DNA from: Hamiltosporidium tvaerminnensis FI-OER-3-3
Lineage: Eukaryota > Fungi > Microsporidia
Length of the DNA stretch: 64,000 nucleotides
Direction: 5' to 3'
Assembly (NCBI GenBank): GCA_022605425.2
Contig: CM061248.1
Span: 372,001 to 436,000, forward strand
Positions 23,626 to 37,600 of this stretch are shown in pieces. The first letter of the stretch is position 1, and every line of letters begins with the position of its first letter. The notes under the pieces are model-generated. The model had not been told where the DNA came from, made no database searches, and worked only from the letters and a program-made list of their open reading frames with translations. The position numbers were made by a program, and so were the translations under genes.

Positions 23626-24610
23626 CTATTTCATTTCAAGGATTCCTGTGTAATATGCTTGTTTTTGTATATCTTTTTCTTCTACATAATTATCAAAATG
23701 TCTAGAATGAAAGAATCTATTGAAAAGACCGGCAAAAAATATAAAAGCGTAGGCCATTGATGGTTGTTTACAGAGAATACAACAAATGAGATAAAGAAAT
23801 TCTTTACGTTTTGGGGAAATATGAAGTGTACCTCGTTTAGTAAGAATTGTAGGATGTAGAATTTCAAGAGTGTCTGAAGTAAAATATGAGAGAAATAGAT
23901 GTGCCATTGGTTGAGAAAGGGCAGCAAACGAAGTTAATCTTAGTATATCATTATCGGTAAATCTTTTTCTGGGATTTTCGTTATGTAAAAGAATCTTTAA
24001 AAGACTAAAATTATGAAATAAAAGTATATTACGGTGTCTTTCAATATCAAAGATAAAAAATATTTTGAATAACTTGTTTAGAAGCAAATAAAGTTCCCTC
24101 TTCTTTTCTAAAGTTTCTATTTTATTGCTTTTAAATACTTCGGTCATTAGTATTGATATATATCGATCGCTATCTTCATAGAAAGAAATTATTTCTTTCA
24201 TATAATCTACGGTATCTATCAAAGAAGATATAGATATCTTCTTCGGACTTTTATAGTTTTTTAGAGCCGAAATTGATATAAAAAATTTATCTTTGATTTT
24301 CTTGTACTGCGATCTTATTTCTTCTGAAAGAACATACGACTCGGCACTAAATTCAAAGTTTTTGGCTTTTTTTTGGAATTTTGTCTTGTAATATGTCATA
24401 TTGGAAATAAAACTTGGAATTAAAAATGATTTATGAAACACTTTGTTAGAAATTAAAGATAAGAAAAATATTTGGTAATTTTCTGTGCAAGGTTGATAAT
24501 ATTTTTGGAAATTCTGTAATTCGATTTGAAATATCAATATTGAGATGCAAGGCTCTGATTAAAATCAAGTTTATGAAATCATCTTCGTTAGAGTATCCTG
24601 GATAATACTG
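23626..24610 (-). CDS. Hypothetical protein with a broken 5' end (frameshift or pseudogene)
   Basis: 303-aa ORF that opens on TTG in the track. An overlapping upstream frame (FQYYPGYSNEDDFINLILIRALHL...KLPNIF) joins it by a +1 shift near 24460. The true start was not resolved. Confidence 0.6.
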
Positions 24611-25812
24611 AAATTTAGTTAGGATTTTGAAGATTTGCTATAGAAAAAATACTTTAGCCAAGCATAATTTACCTATGAAGAATATTCCAGTGTTCACATT
24701 AAAATTTATTTAATAAGTATAAATTGAGGTCTTCAAAGCCAATTAGGAGTCTGTTACATTAATTGTCGAAAATTATTATGGGGAAAAATTTTCAGGATTC
24801 AAATTAAAATCGAAACCAAAATTTGATTAAATTTGCCAAACAAGTATATTGAGTCGAGAATTAAATTAGAAATGGTTATAAAAATCCAAATTAGATCAAA
24901 TGACTTACAAATAGTTTCGAAACCGCAAAACCTGGAAAATTAGAGTTTTTATTAGCCAGAACAAACCTTGTTTATATAATCATGTTGAAACAAGCACGTA
25001 CGTCCTAATTAGAAATGAATTTTCTTCTATTTGGCTAATAATGCATCTTAGAAAGCTTCTTGTCTTAGAAATATTAAAGTCCTATATTTATATGAAACCA
25101 ACGAAGGAATGTTATATTTTTTATATGCAAATTTTTTATCATAAAGACTTATTGCTGATCAGAATTATGAAAGAGCTCATAGAAGTGTTTCTAAAAAAAA
25201 ACAAGAACCTATAAATTCATTCAATGTATCTTAATAGCAAAATAATTTTATAACCAACAGAAACTAAAAATATGAATTCATATTTATTTATATTATAATT
25301 AGACTCCAAATGTATCGATAAAAGATTGTAAAGAGAAATCGAACCTAAAAAATAAAACAACAAGAAAAGCTAAGATATTAACAGAAAGACAAATTTAAAT
25401 TGTAATTAAAGATAATTTTATCATTTTAAGTTAAATATTTTTCTATTAATAATTTGCTAAGAAATATAAAATACTTGATAACTTTCAATAACAATTTACA
25501 GTGAATTACGAATACTTCAATCAAATAATATACGGATCGTGGGGAATAAAACCAAATTGCATATAAATTCGAAAAAATTTTATATAACTTTGAAGCTTAA
25601 TATTTAAATTTCAATAAAAAAATCTTACTTCTATTAATTTATACACAGAGAAAAAAATGAGTAAAAATTTGTACAGAAATTCTAATGTAAACAAAAATAA
25701 ATTCGTTTATTTGATCTTTTAAATCAAAAAAATTAAAATATAAACTCACTTCCTGTTCCAATATATAAAATAAAAATATTTTTAAAATAATTAAAAATTA
25801 CAAATTAATTTA

Positions 25813-26388
25813 TTATTTACGTGAATATCTTCTGTATTGTCCTCTGTCGTTTTCTCCCCCTCCTCTTCTTCTCCTTTGTTCATCTCTATCGTAAGTACCG
25901 GGTCTCCTATATCGATTCGGTGTTCTATCATCATCATATCTCGAATCATTATTGTATCTATCGTTATATCTCTGTGAATATTCTTTAGAAAAATATTTTG
26001 AATCTTCTCTATAATCCCTTTCCTCCCTATCATAATATGAGTTTTGGTTATATTTTCTATCCACTGATTTGGTTTCAAAAGTACGACTAGGTGTGTATTC
26101 GGTACGAAGTCCTTTTTGTTTCTCACAATACATTCTCCATGTAGTCTCATCAAACCCATAATTGAAATAATCTGTTATATCCTCACCCGGCTTTTTCCAC
26201 GGTTTTTCTTCAAGTGTATCCAATTCAAATTCAAAAACACCCTGTCCCGTATAGTTTTGACTCTCCAGTGCCACTTTAAGTTCATCCTTTTTTTCTTGTT
26301 CCTCTGCTATAATTTCTAATTCTGAAGAAGTTTCGACATCTTCACATTTATATTCAAATGCAAGATCATTATTATCGATATCTGACAT
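25813..26388 (-). CDS. FIP1: Pre-mRNA polyadenylation factor Fip1
   Basis: Fip1 motif [37 protein letters not shown], acidic N-terminus and R/D/Y-rich C-terminus. The ATG at 26388 is preceded by GCCCTCATT. Confidence 0.95.
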   Translation of the reverse strand: MSDIDNNDLAFEYKCEDVETSSELEIIAEEQEKKDELKVALESQNYTGQGVFEFELDTLEEKPWKKPGEDITDYFNYGFDETTWRMYCEKQKGLRTEYTPSRTFETKSVDRKYNQNSYYDREERDYREDSKYFSKEYSQRYNDRYNNDSRYDDDRTPNRYRRPGTYDRDEQRRRRGGGENDRGQYRRYSRK

Positions 26389-28456
26389 AATGAGGGCATA
26401 TAATATTATGATGTCTTTAAGCACAATATGCTTGGTAAATTACAATTCTATATTTTTATAAAAGAAAATACATTTAAATGTCTTGAACAAGAGAACACCT
26501 TTAGTTAGACTTTTTAATTTTTAAAAAATATATAAAATATTTCTTTATATTTTTTTTTATAAAATTTTCATTTTATTTCTGGCTTTTTTTTTCTTTTCCT
26601 TTTCTTATAAAAACTTCGATCGAAGAATGCTACTCATGAAAATAAAAAATCTAAAAATGTATTTTATTTTGTAAAAAATATTTTTTTTTTAAAAGCAGAA
26701 ATCCTAGATTTTAAATATTTTAGAGACTATAATTATATTCTATCATTGAAATATTAAGAATTAGTATTTTTAGAACTGTATTTATTTAAGAGAGTATTGG
26801 GATACAGAAAATGTTTTATTTCACAAAAAATAGAATATCTTAATGAATATGGCATCTTTTTATAAAAGGAGTATGTTATATTGTTTTCATGATACGTACT
26901 TAGTTGTAGGGTTAAAATAGATATTTTTTCTCAACACTCCTCGGTATTCTTAGACACCTACATTGCAAAGCTTTATTTACTAAAAGACACTTATAACCTG
27001 TTTATTAGACAGAATAGTTCACGAAGTTCGTTAAAATTATTACCAGGAGTGTGGGCGTAGGCCAAAACATACCTCTGGCTCCCCCAAACCTGTTGTATTC
27101 TCCCATACTCGCCATATTCGAACCGAATAGAATTTTAGTTTTGAAATATCTCGGCTACTTACTTGGTTGGCACCTTGACTTTGTAACGCTATTTTAATAG
27201 GTATAATCTGCTGATACGTTTTATTCCTCTAAAAGAGGGTGTTTATATAGTCCAAAAACCAAGTCTTCTCACCCGACTGATCAGGTTAGCTTTCGATGTT
27301 TTTCATAGCAATTACCAGAAAATTAAACTGTAGTTTCAAATATTGTTACGCAAAAGACCAAAAATCAACTTTTTAGAAAACATTTCTCTTTTTTTAAATC
27401 TTATCCGCCTTTTAAGAATTCCAATGAAACAACCGAAAATGCGACGTGCTATTATTCCGGTTAAAAAAAAATATCTTGTACATTTATTTCATACAATTGT
27501 TGCCAAGTAAATGATTTTTATTAGAATAACATTTCTTCCAAATATTCTAATAGATAAGAATATTATGACATAAAACTTTCAAAAACAGAATTATTTATCT
27601 TATTTAAGAATTTATGTAAAAAACATCTGCTTCAATCTATAAAGCATGCTATGATATTTCGAAGAAGGTATTTAAATTTATTACTATAAGAATAGAGACA
27701 TGCACAATGTATTTATACGTAAACTATAATGCAAAAAAACAATAATAATGATTTATTGAATTTCAGTTTATATTCCATAGAGTCAATCATCCACTTAAAT
27801 TCATAACATAGACCTTATCATCAACCTACGTTAAAAACAGTTTTGTAAAGCATTTTAAAATTCTTTCATATATTCTAAAAATGAAAAAATCTTTCGCTGG
27901 CAAAAGTTTAATCATTCAATCATTTTGTATTAATTTTATGCTATGTTTTTGGTAAGAAATGTATTTAAATCCACATAACCTTGGATTTAGTCCTATCCTT
28001 CACAAGACACTGCAGTAAAATAATTGTTAAAGTAGAATATGTTATGTATTTCAACAGCTAAAATACACTCTCATATTTGATAATTTCTTCATTATCTAAT
28101 ATATACGTTTATAATTAAACTGGTCAAAAATTAGCGGAGTATTTAACTTTCCGAATAAATGAAAATATGAGAATAAAAATGAATTATTTTAGATGGTTCT
28201 ATAGTAAAAATAAATTTTTTAGGAGTTGATTTTATTTTAAACAAGAGTTTCTAATTTGGCACAAATTTGTTATCGTTTTATTTATTATAATACAATTGAA
28301 TACAAAAACTTTATTTTAAGTTGATAATTTGCCTCATAATGATTTCCATAAATAGATGATAGAATGTTATAGAAAGGCCTAAAAATACAAATTTTCCTAA
28401 TCCGGAAACAACTTTATTTTTAACAAAAGTATTTAAACAGCGAAAAACTAAATAAT

Positions 28457-29714
28457 ATGAACAATTCAAACACAATATTTTCCATAGATAGAGCAGAAAG
28501 CAAACAAGAACCAATGCCTTTTAGGAAAGCGATGAATCATCGGTATACTGCTTATCTTAAAACATTGGCATATGATAAACCGATAGCTTTTTTACATAAA
28601 GAGGTTTGTGATAATCGTGAAATACGAGAAAACACTGATTTATCTAACTATGCAAGTCTAGATAAGAACCAAATTTTGAGGAATGGTGCAGAGAATAAGA
28701 ATTCAGTACGGTGCACTGCATTAAAAGCCGATACAATGATCCAAAATTCCAAGGAGGTCAAAAATAATGTTTGGTATGGCAAAATGCTAGAGGTATTAAA
28801 AAAAATGAAAATCTCAAGTTAGAACCATGTGCTATACACCTATACGAAATTTTGTCGTTGAAAAAATTCTTAATAATAATATTTTTATGAAAGATAACGC
28901 TACCACGAATTTCGATGGGTATGCTTTTTTTAACATTGATGATTTAAAACTACCAAAAAAATATTTTATCGAAGATAATAATCTCATTAACGAGTCGGAA
29001 GCTTCTCGATATTCAAAATCAAACGAAATCGATTTAAAAAAAGAGCTACTCGAAAGACATGCAAAAATGATAGATAGTGAATTTATGGTATTGAACATAT
29101 TATACATCATCGGCTTTGATGAGTGGAAAAAAATACATTTGCGTTGTGATACTTGTTTGCTTCTATTAGGCTTTATAGAAAATTGGAAAAAACATTACGA
29201 TTTTAGCAGATGTTATTCTATATATGTAGGGGATCTTAAAACTTCATTATGTTTGGTGCATAGAACCGATGGATGTTTCAAAAAATTAAAAAGAAAATCA
29301 TATGAATACCCCTCAAAAAGAGTCAAAATCTATACCGATGAAATATCTGTTCGAAGAACACCAAAAAGAAAAGCGTCATTGCCCCAAACAAACCCAAATA
29401 TTAAAAATAAGAAGAAAAATATCGAATCAATTATGAAAAACGAATCAAATTCGAAAAGACAGATGCTAAATGATAAATTTCCTATTCGTGATAATTTTAA
29501 TAAAAGGGTAAAAACAAATAATTATTCAGTTGAAAAAAAAGAAGAAATTACAAAAGAATTTCCTATGATAGATACAGATGAATTCGAATACGATAACATC
29601 AACACAAGTAAAATATATTCTCCAAATGATGTGATCTTTGATACTGAATCAAATAATAAACAGATAAAAGAAATTATACCTAAATTTAGAAAATTCTTTC
29701 AAAATGGAGTATAA
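28457..29714 (+). CDS. Hypothetical coding region (two ORFs), probably the N-terminal part of the downstream Myb gene
   Basis: ORFs 28457-28822 and 28827-29714 join in frame if one A is removed from AAAA at 28808-28811. The second ORF overlaps the Myb ORF. Confidence 0.6.
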
Positions 29715-30453
29715 TAAAATAGAACCTAGTAACTCATTGTCTTCTTCAATTATAGTTGAAGAAAATACAGAATTAAAAGATTCAGAATATAAAGTCTTCA
29801 AAGATTTAAGTTTTTTTAAAAAAAACTTTTCGGATTCACATGACACATGTGATTTATGTACAAATTCATTTGTGAAACTTAAAATAAATAAAGAAATACT
29901 AGAGAAAGAAAAAGAAAGGTTATATGAACATGGCATTTTCAAATTAAGTATAGATGTAAAGAGAATAGAAAATACAGAGGACAATGATAAATACATTGGG
30001 AATTATCAAGCACGACACGAAAATATCGATGATAAGGTTATACAGACCAAAAATAGTCCCAATAAGCCATTATTTTCAAATAATCAAGAACAAAATGCAG
30101 AATCTAACACAGAATCGGAATCTAAGCATAAAACGGGTAAGTGGACAGCGGATGAAGACAAAAAATTGTTGGATTTAGTACAGGAATATTCGTACGAAAA
30201 CTGGGCTAAAATAGCTAAGTTGATCGAAACAAGATCTGGTAAACAATGTAGAGAAAGATGGAAAAACCATCTAAATCCAATGGTTACAAAAAAACCGATT
30301 TCCGAAGAAGAGGCTAGCATTATATTCGAGGCACAATCACGCATTGGAAACAAATGGTGCAAAATTTCAGAATTATTGCCCGGTAGATCTGAAAATACGG
30401 TAAAAAATTTTTATTTTTCTTATCAAAGAAAACATAAACAACAACATAGATAG
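29704..30453 (+). CDS. Myb-like DNA-binding protein, two repeats (R2R3 type)
   Basis: GKWTADEDKKL...NWAKIA...RSGKQCRERWKNHLNP followed by EEE..I..AQ..IGNKWCKISELLPGRSENTVKN. Confidence 0.95.
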   Translation: MEYNKIEPSNSLSSSIIVEENTELKDSEYKVFKDLSFFKKNFSDSHDTCDLCTNSFVKLKINKEILEKEKERLYEHGIFKLSIDVKRIENTEDNDKYIGNYQARHENIDDKVIQTKNSPNKPLFSNNQEQNAESNTESESKHKTGKWTADEDKKLLDLVQEYSYENWAKIAKLIETRSGKQCRERWKNHLNPMVTKKPISEEEASIIFEAQSRIGNKWCKISELLPGRSENTVKNFYFSYQRKHKQQHR

Positions 30454-33400
30454 TTGGCTGTAAATAAATTTTAAACTATTTTTTTGCCAAATTTTGTTTC
30501 TACTAATTTAAATAAATTATAAATTTTTCCAAAAAAGGTAGAAACATCTCATTCTAATAATTTTATTTGAAAAAAATTCTGTAGATAGTTAAATGAAAAT
30601 CTAGTTAAATATTAGAAACTAAATGCGATTCGGGTATAAAAATTTGAATTACAAATCTACATAATGATTTAGAAATTATATGTAGGTTGATATTCAGTTA
30701 TAGTAATTCTTATAATAAAAGTATTTAGACACATTATTTAATTTATGAGTTATACAAACCTAAAATTTTCTTAAAAATGTATTTTAACCAATTTAGTTAG
30801 AAAAATGCGTTGTCTGATTATAATATATGCGTAATATGAAGAAGAGAGTATTGAATAAGATAACTTTTGATATATTCCACGGCTAAACCTTTGATAATAT
30901 ATCTGGATTCATAATATACAAATCATTTGATATTTTATAGCATAATACCAGTATCTAAGAAAATGGTAACTTATGTAAAAATATGATAATAGTCATATGA
31001 AATACGTTTCTGAAGAATAATCACAGTATTTTCGCTCTATATGAAATCAATTGGGCTTAAATTTGTATAATCAAATCAGAAAATAAAAAGGATACATAAT
31101 AGATATGAATAAATATTTGAGCTTAGGTTCTTATGATTTTAAAACAAAAGATTGATTTGTTAATGCAGGGGAATACATCTATGCAAATTCTTGCTTAAAA
31201 TAATTATTAAAATATAATAGAACTTTTAAATGTAAATTTTCTGGATTTTTTTGTTCTATAGTTTTCGTATCTAATTGTTTCATCCATATTCTTATACATG
31301 AATTCTATGATTTAAAGAAATATTTAATAAAGGCAATAAGATCTAATGACACCATGATTGAGCTCATATGCATTAAAAAACATATAAAATCTCATAATAC
31401 GGTGCAAATCATTGCCAAAACATCGATTCAGTTACGTCATAAAACAAAATTTTATTTTAAGTATTTTGATCTGTCGTTTTCTTCCATCATCAGAAATATA
31501 CTAAACATTTGCATCTATGAAAATCAAAAAAACGTTAGATTTGATGTGCTAGTGTTAATACTCTTGATCGTTCATATTATCATACTCATTATGAAATAAA
31601 TAAAATTAATAATTTAGCTGATATAATTTATGGGGGAGAAAAATAGACGTATCCAGAAAAATGCGGTTGTATTATCTACCTGATTTCTTTGTGTAGTTTG
31701 TCAGATTTATAGAGATGAACATGTTCGCGGGAGAATTGGGCTTGAATTTTTATTTCAATCCGTACAGTTGACAAACCAACGCAAAGTTTTAGTTTTAAGA
31801 AAAAGAAACTAGTTCAACTGCAACTGTATTAAGCTTGAGTATAAAAAATCAAACATTTCGAAAGTATCTTTGAACTGTATTTTAAGACCATTGTTGTCTA
31901 TTTTGGTTTCATATTATGAGAATTTAAGTATTTTGCAGAGGATTTTGTAAGAATGGGCCCTATTTTAAAAGCAAAAAAATTATTGATTGAATGTAATATT
32001 ATACTTTCTGATTATTGAGTAAATTTATTCTAAATGTTTTTAAGTATTCAATTAGAACGTACATAAAGCATATAAAGCCACTAAAGCTTGAACTCATTCA
32101 TGTTTTTGATTCAAATTATGAGCAAAAAAGTAGATTTTAGCAGTTCAACATTCTATTTCAGAAGCCATACTTTAAAAATCAAATGATATCCTTTAGTCTA
32201 TAAGATGTTTCATACAAAACCTTCAAGCGAAAAAGAAAGAAAGTGATATTATTGAAGATGCACACGTATTTTATTTAATAGCATCCCAGGGTATTCTACT
32301 TTAGTACATATTAAAAAATGATTCTAAATGAAAAAATATTGCTTTTTTTAGTTAGAACAAACTAGATAAACAAACTAATAAATTACAAAACCTGCCTTTA
32401 ATATCAGTTATTCAAATTTAGATTGAATTTCATATCCATTTATCCCATCTCTCAACTTAATTTTAAACGCCTACTGTAATTACATTTCCTGAAACATGCT
32501 TATTCGCATATTTTCTATCTTTATTTCGCGTATACTGCAGATTTAATCTATCGCGTATATTCCTAAAGTTTTTCAAACAAGTTTTTTTTTTAAATTTATA
32601 ATCCGATTGAAGACTTTAATAATAAGAAATAAATCAAATTTTAAAAAGTTATAAGGGTGATATTAAACAAAGAATTTTCCAAAATCAAAAGTAAATAGCT
32701 ATCTCAACAGTATATACAATACAAATATAGTAGGCTAACATCACAGGAACAAATTCTTTTTAATTTCATACTGGGCAAAGGATTTATTGTATTTTAAAAA
32801 GAAAAAAATGTATACATGATGACTTCCTTGAAGTATAACACAATATTTCACTTTTCGAACATACGTCCTAGTTAAGTTAGATTTGTTTTATGCAAATAAT
32901 TGACCATTCGATTCTATATCCTTCTCCCATACAGATCTATAATATCAAGAGCTGTGGATAGTTAAAGTTTCGATTAAAATTCTAATCAATGTGTTCCCGA
33001 ATTAACATATAATATTTTCGATTTGCACCTTAAAAAAATCAAACTAAGCATATAGACTATTTTAATTTGCGTATTCAAGCAGAAATTTAAGGTGTATAAA
33101 AAACAAATGAAATAGATGAAAAGAATATCAAAGATATTCGTGAATTATGCTCTTTTTTATTTGTATTTTCATGAATTTTTTTAAAATTTCAGATATTTTT
33201 ATTCTGACATGATTTTTTTGCAAAGACAAGCCTGTTGTTTATAGAATAATAGTAAAAAGCCAAACAATTAAACAAAATCAAATTTCAAAGACTTTAATGG
33301 AAATTATTGAAGCAGAAAGATATATAAAGACAGTCATTTTACATCGTAAATTAAACGGAACCGTATTACAATAATTATACACGGAAATTATGAAAAACAC

Positions 33401-34347
33401 TCTTCGAATTTCTAAAATCAAATTCAATTTTCAAGTACGGCCTCTAAATAAACAAGAGATATATATAAAGCTTTAATTGTGTGTCTGATCAATCAGAGGT
33501 ATAAATTAACTGGATTTTATCATTCTTCAAAAAAACTAAAACGATAAAACATACATATGTTGCTTGAAAAACTATCAAAATAATTCAAATAAGTGTAAGT
33601 TCGAGGTTAAAATGGGGAAACCTGCTGTAAAAGATGAATCCTGTCAATAAAAAATCAAAGAAAAATTATATTTTGAATTTATGAGAAAACTGTTATTAAA
33701 AGTAAACAGATGAGAAAAATAATCTCATCTCATAAAAAACTGCAAAATAAAGCCATTTGTTAAAAAATTTCCATTTATGAAAACATATTTGCCCAAAAAA
33801 TTTTAGCCTTGAAATTTTACTGGCATTACAGCCTAGAAATAAAAATATATTTATAAGAACCTAAACCAATAATCCTAATAACAAAGCTTTCAATCTGAAT
33901 ATATAAAACTTTAGGTCATAAAAACAAAAAGATAATTAGCGAGTCAATAACCGTATTTCTAATTCGATATTAATCCAGTTTTTTTTTCTAATTCAGTGAT
34001 TAACTCTAAATTTTGACAGATTCCAAATATTTGTCTTTAATTTTAATAATCCCAAAAGAAAAATTCTTAGACTATTGTATGTGAATATTACATGTTTTTT
34101 AAGTGTTAAGAGAATTAAATGGTATTAATCTGCTACTTACAAAGCCTTAGAAGTATATAATTTGACACTAAACAAATTATAATGTTGTCTTCATTCTGAC
34201 ATACTGAACATACATTATCTTACAAAAGAATAGGTGAGAAGGAAAGGGATTCATTTTTGTGGAACATGTCTCAAAAATATCTTCTTTCTGAGAATTTTAG
34301 CAACTGAGAAACATAATTAAAACGATCCTCGTTATTGCTAAAATTAT

Positions 34348-34600
34348 TCACAGGATTTGTTATAAGCTGTTGAAATTTAAAAGTAAGAGTGTTAGGCTTC
34401 TATTGAAGGAATCAGGTTGTATTTTTAGATTTTTGCTTCAAATTGTCTCATAAGATGACCTACGATGGTATTGTAACTAAATCCAATAATTTTATCTTGA
34501 AACCCTGTAAATACTAGTGTCAATAAAGGTAATTGATCAACACGATAACAATACCAAAGAACCAGTCAAAGATTTTGATCTTGCCGAAGAAGAAATTTGA
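34348..34600 (+). mobile_element. Highly decayed relic of the same LINE C-terminus
   Basis: GATGACCTACGATGGTATTGTAACTAAATCCAATAA aligns with GATGACCTGGGATGGTATTGTGACAAAATACCATAA (~14090). Broken translation SQDLL*AVE...LLLKESGCIF...MTYDGIVTK. Confidence 0.6.
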
Positions 34601-37600
34601 AGTCAAGATCTCTGTCTATTAAAGCCAGAAAATAGCATATTAAGTGTATGCAAACATGCATTAAAAATGCGCCACTCATTGTCTACATACTTTTAAGAAA
34701 ATAATGACATGCAAACTAACATTAAAATGTTTCTACCCAGAATGCAGGAATAAATTGAGTAAATCAAGCCATGAACTCCAAATATAAAAAAAGTCAGTTA
34801 TAAAGAAATTTGAATTAATTACATAAAGTTGTAGCATAAGCAAAGAAAAGTCAAGAGAGAGAAATAAACCGTTCAAATTTATTTTTATAATTGAGCTATT
34901 TGGAAGATGGAGGCAAGAAAACCTATTTTATAGCTAACTGTTGACAATAAGTGTATTAAAATGGTTTCAAAATCATTGTTGCCATTTTGGTGGGATATAA
35001 ACCACACCGGATCTATAGGCCACTCTCCTATAATCCCGAGCTACAACAGATTAAAAGAAACAAATGGTAAACTTTCATTTGTTCATGCTCGAAACCGAAA
35101 AATAAAAGAGGATAGGAATAATTATGTATGTATTACAGTTTAAATTTTATTATTACAAACTGAGTTTTGATAAGCTTTTTTATCTATCAAGTAAATATTC
35201 GATGATAGACTTAATGCTGAAATTTTGCATATTTTCGAATGTAAACTAGCACATAATCGGTGCATTTAGTTAAATATTTTACTGACCCAGTCAGTTTCTT
35301 GTAAAAATCAATTTCTTTTTAAGGTAATATTAGATACAGATAGACGAATATAATTTTAAAAAATAAATCTGGTGACTGATGATAATTGGTCTTATGTAAT
35401 TTGTTTTTTTTGGATTCGGACTAATAAAATTTGTAATTTTTTTGTATTCTTTAAACACATTATTTTCCATCTCTTTTCTTTTGATTTAAATTTAAAAATC
35501 TTAGCTATGAATTTTATTGAATCTCATTTTTAAAAAATGTAGATATAATACTTAAAAATGTTCGAATAAATTTTGAAAAACATAATTATTGTAGATTTTC
35601 CTATAATTTAGTCCCAAAAATATATAAATCACAAATCCGGATTATTGAATAACCTTGCTCTATTATATATTTTACATGTTAGAGAATACGCTTGAAAAGT
35701 TTGAAAGTTTCACCTATTGGTTTTATGCTTTTGAAATATTCTAGTAAATGAAATAGTATACTGTATACACAGTCTATGATAAAGACTGCCTAAAGCTCAT
35801 TACATTTTTACATAAAACCATATTGAGCAATGTAGCCAGTGTCTTCATCAACAAAAAAAGTGTTTAGATTTTGCATGCCTCTCAATGTACTTTAGTCTTA
35901 TAACATTTTTTAAAATATTTTTTTGCAAAATATACAATAAATAATATAAAATATATGCCACCTTTGGATAGTCTTTACTCCTATTTATTTTTAAAGTCAT
36001 TGACTTTTTTAAGTCAAAGCATTACATCATTTAGTTATGATATAGACAATTCGTTACAAATATCTTGGTCAAAACTTTTCAGCCTGTTTCAAAAAATCTT
36101 ATCTTTATTTTCTTTCTCACATGATAGCAAAAAATCAAGCTTCGCTAGCCTAAAATTTATAATGCACAATTAGTTAGGAATTTTAAAATGTGTTCATATC
36201 TCTATATCGTATGATTAAACAATATCTTCGTATTATATAAAATTGCTTTTTACATAAAATCTACAGTTAACTACCACTTATAATGCCAGAAGTATACAAA
36301 TTGAGCTTTATATGAAGGATTATTTTTTTAATCCGAAATCATTCGACACGAATTCACGAAAATTTAATTTGGAAACAATCTTAGCCAAAAAGCACATTAA
36401 ATTCATTAAACCAGATGCTATAAATTCAATTAGATTCATTTCAGGCTTATTTGTTTTAATAAGCTAGACAATTGGTTGTCGTTTAATCTAGCTCTAGATT
36501 TGTTTTAGCTGCTGTTTTAGTAGTTTTGTAAAAATATATAACTATTATAAATATAATTTTAAACACGTCTGAAACCATAGGTTTTTCACAAACCAAATGT
36601 AACAGACATTGAGTAAATTTATCATTTTATAAAAAGTAAATTACAATAAGTTTACTTGTCTTAATTATATTTAATTAAGAGCTTATTTTTTACTAAGATA
36701 TAACTCAATATGCGAACGTCAAGAATCCGTATAAAAAGTCCGGAATAATGCAAAAATGTAGTTATTTTAAGATTACAAATACCATAATAATCTTCCGGCA
36801 TGAGAACCTTATTTGTTCATAAATATGTCAATAAAACATAACAAAAGGTTTATATCCGATTGTATATTCAGTGGGTTTTTATGTTCCCTTGTTATTCTCC
36901 ACCTAGAAACACTATTTTTAGGAATCACCATCGCAAAATTAATTCTGATTTTATTTTGAAATTTATTGAACAATTTTTTTATTTAAGAAACATATTTTTA
37001 GTATTCATATTATATAGGAATATAAGGAAAATACAGATTATAAATATAAAAATTACGGGATATAATTCACAGAGTAAAAAGTATTAAAAAGACTGCTTGT
37101 GTGAATTCGACCGAATTTTTTCTACAAATAAATAAATGATCTTTAAAATCTTAATCCATCTGAAATAAGCGTTGAATAAATAAATCGGCTTATAATCCCT
37201 TACTGAAATGGCAACGATAACATGATTAGCAGATTATAACTATTATATATTATGGTTTTTTTGAAAGTAAAATGCTAGAATCCATATGCTACTAAGTAAA
37301 AAAGCAATATTGCTAAAAGAAAAAGGTAAGTATAACAGTTAATATAAAATCAAAAGAAATATTTTAAATTATATAAGATTTCTGAATTGTGTGATAAATA
37401 AGCTTAAACATATCAATGAAAGCCACTGGTTTTTATTATATTCAAAGCTGTCATTCTGATAATTTTATGCTACTACAAAGGAATATTTATGTAAAACATA
37501 GTTTTTTTCAAAATGAAAGAGTTGAAGTTAAAAATACAAACCTGGGTTTATTTGTTGAACTGCAAAAAAGAACGATAAAGTTCTTTCAAATTTAGATATT

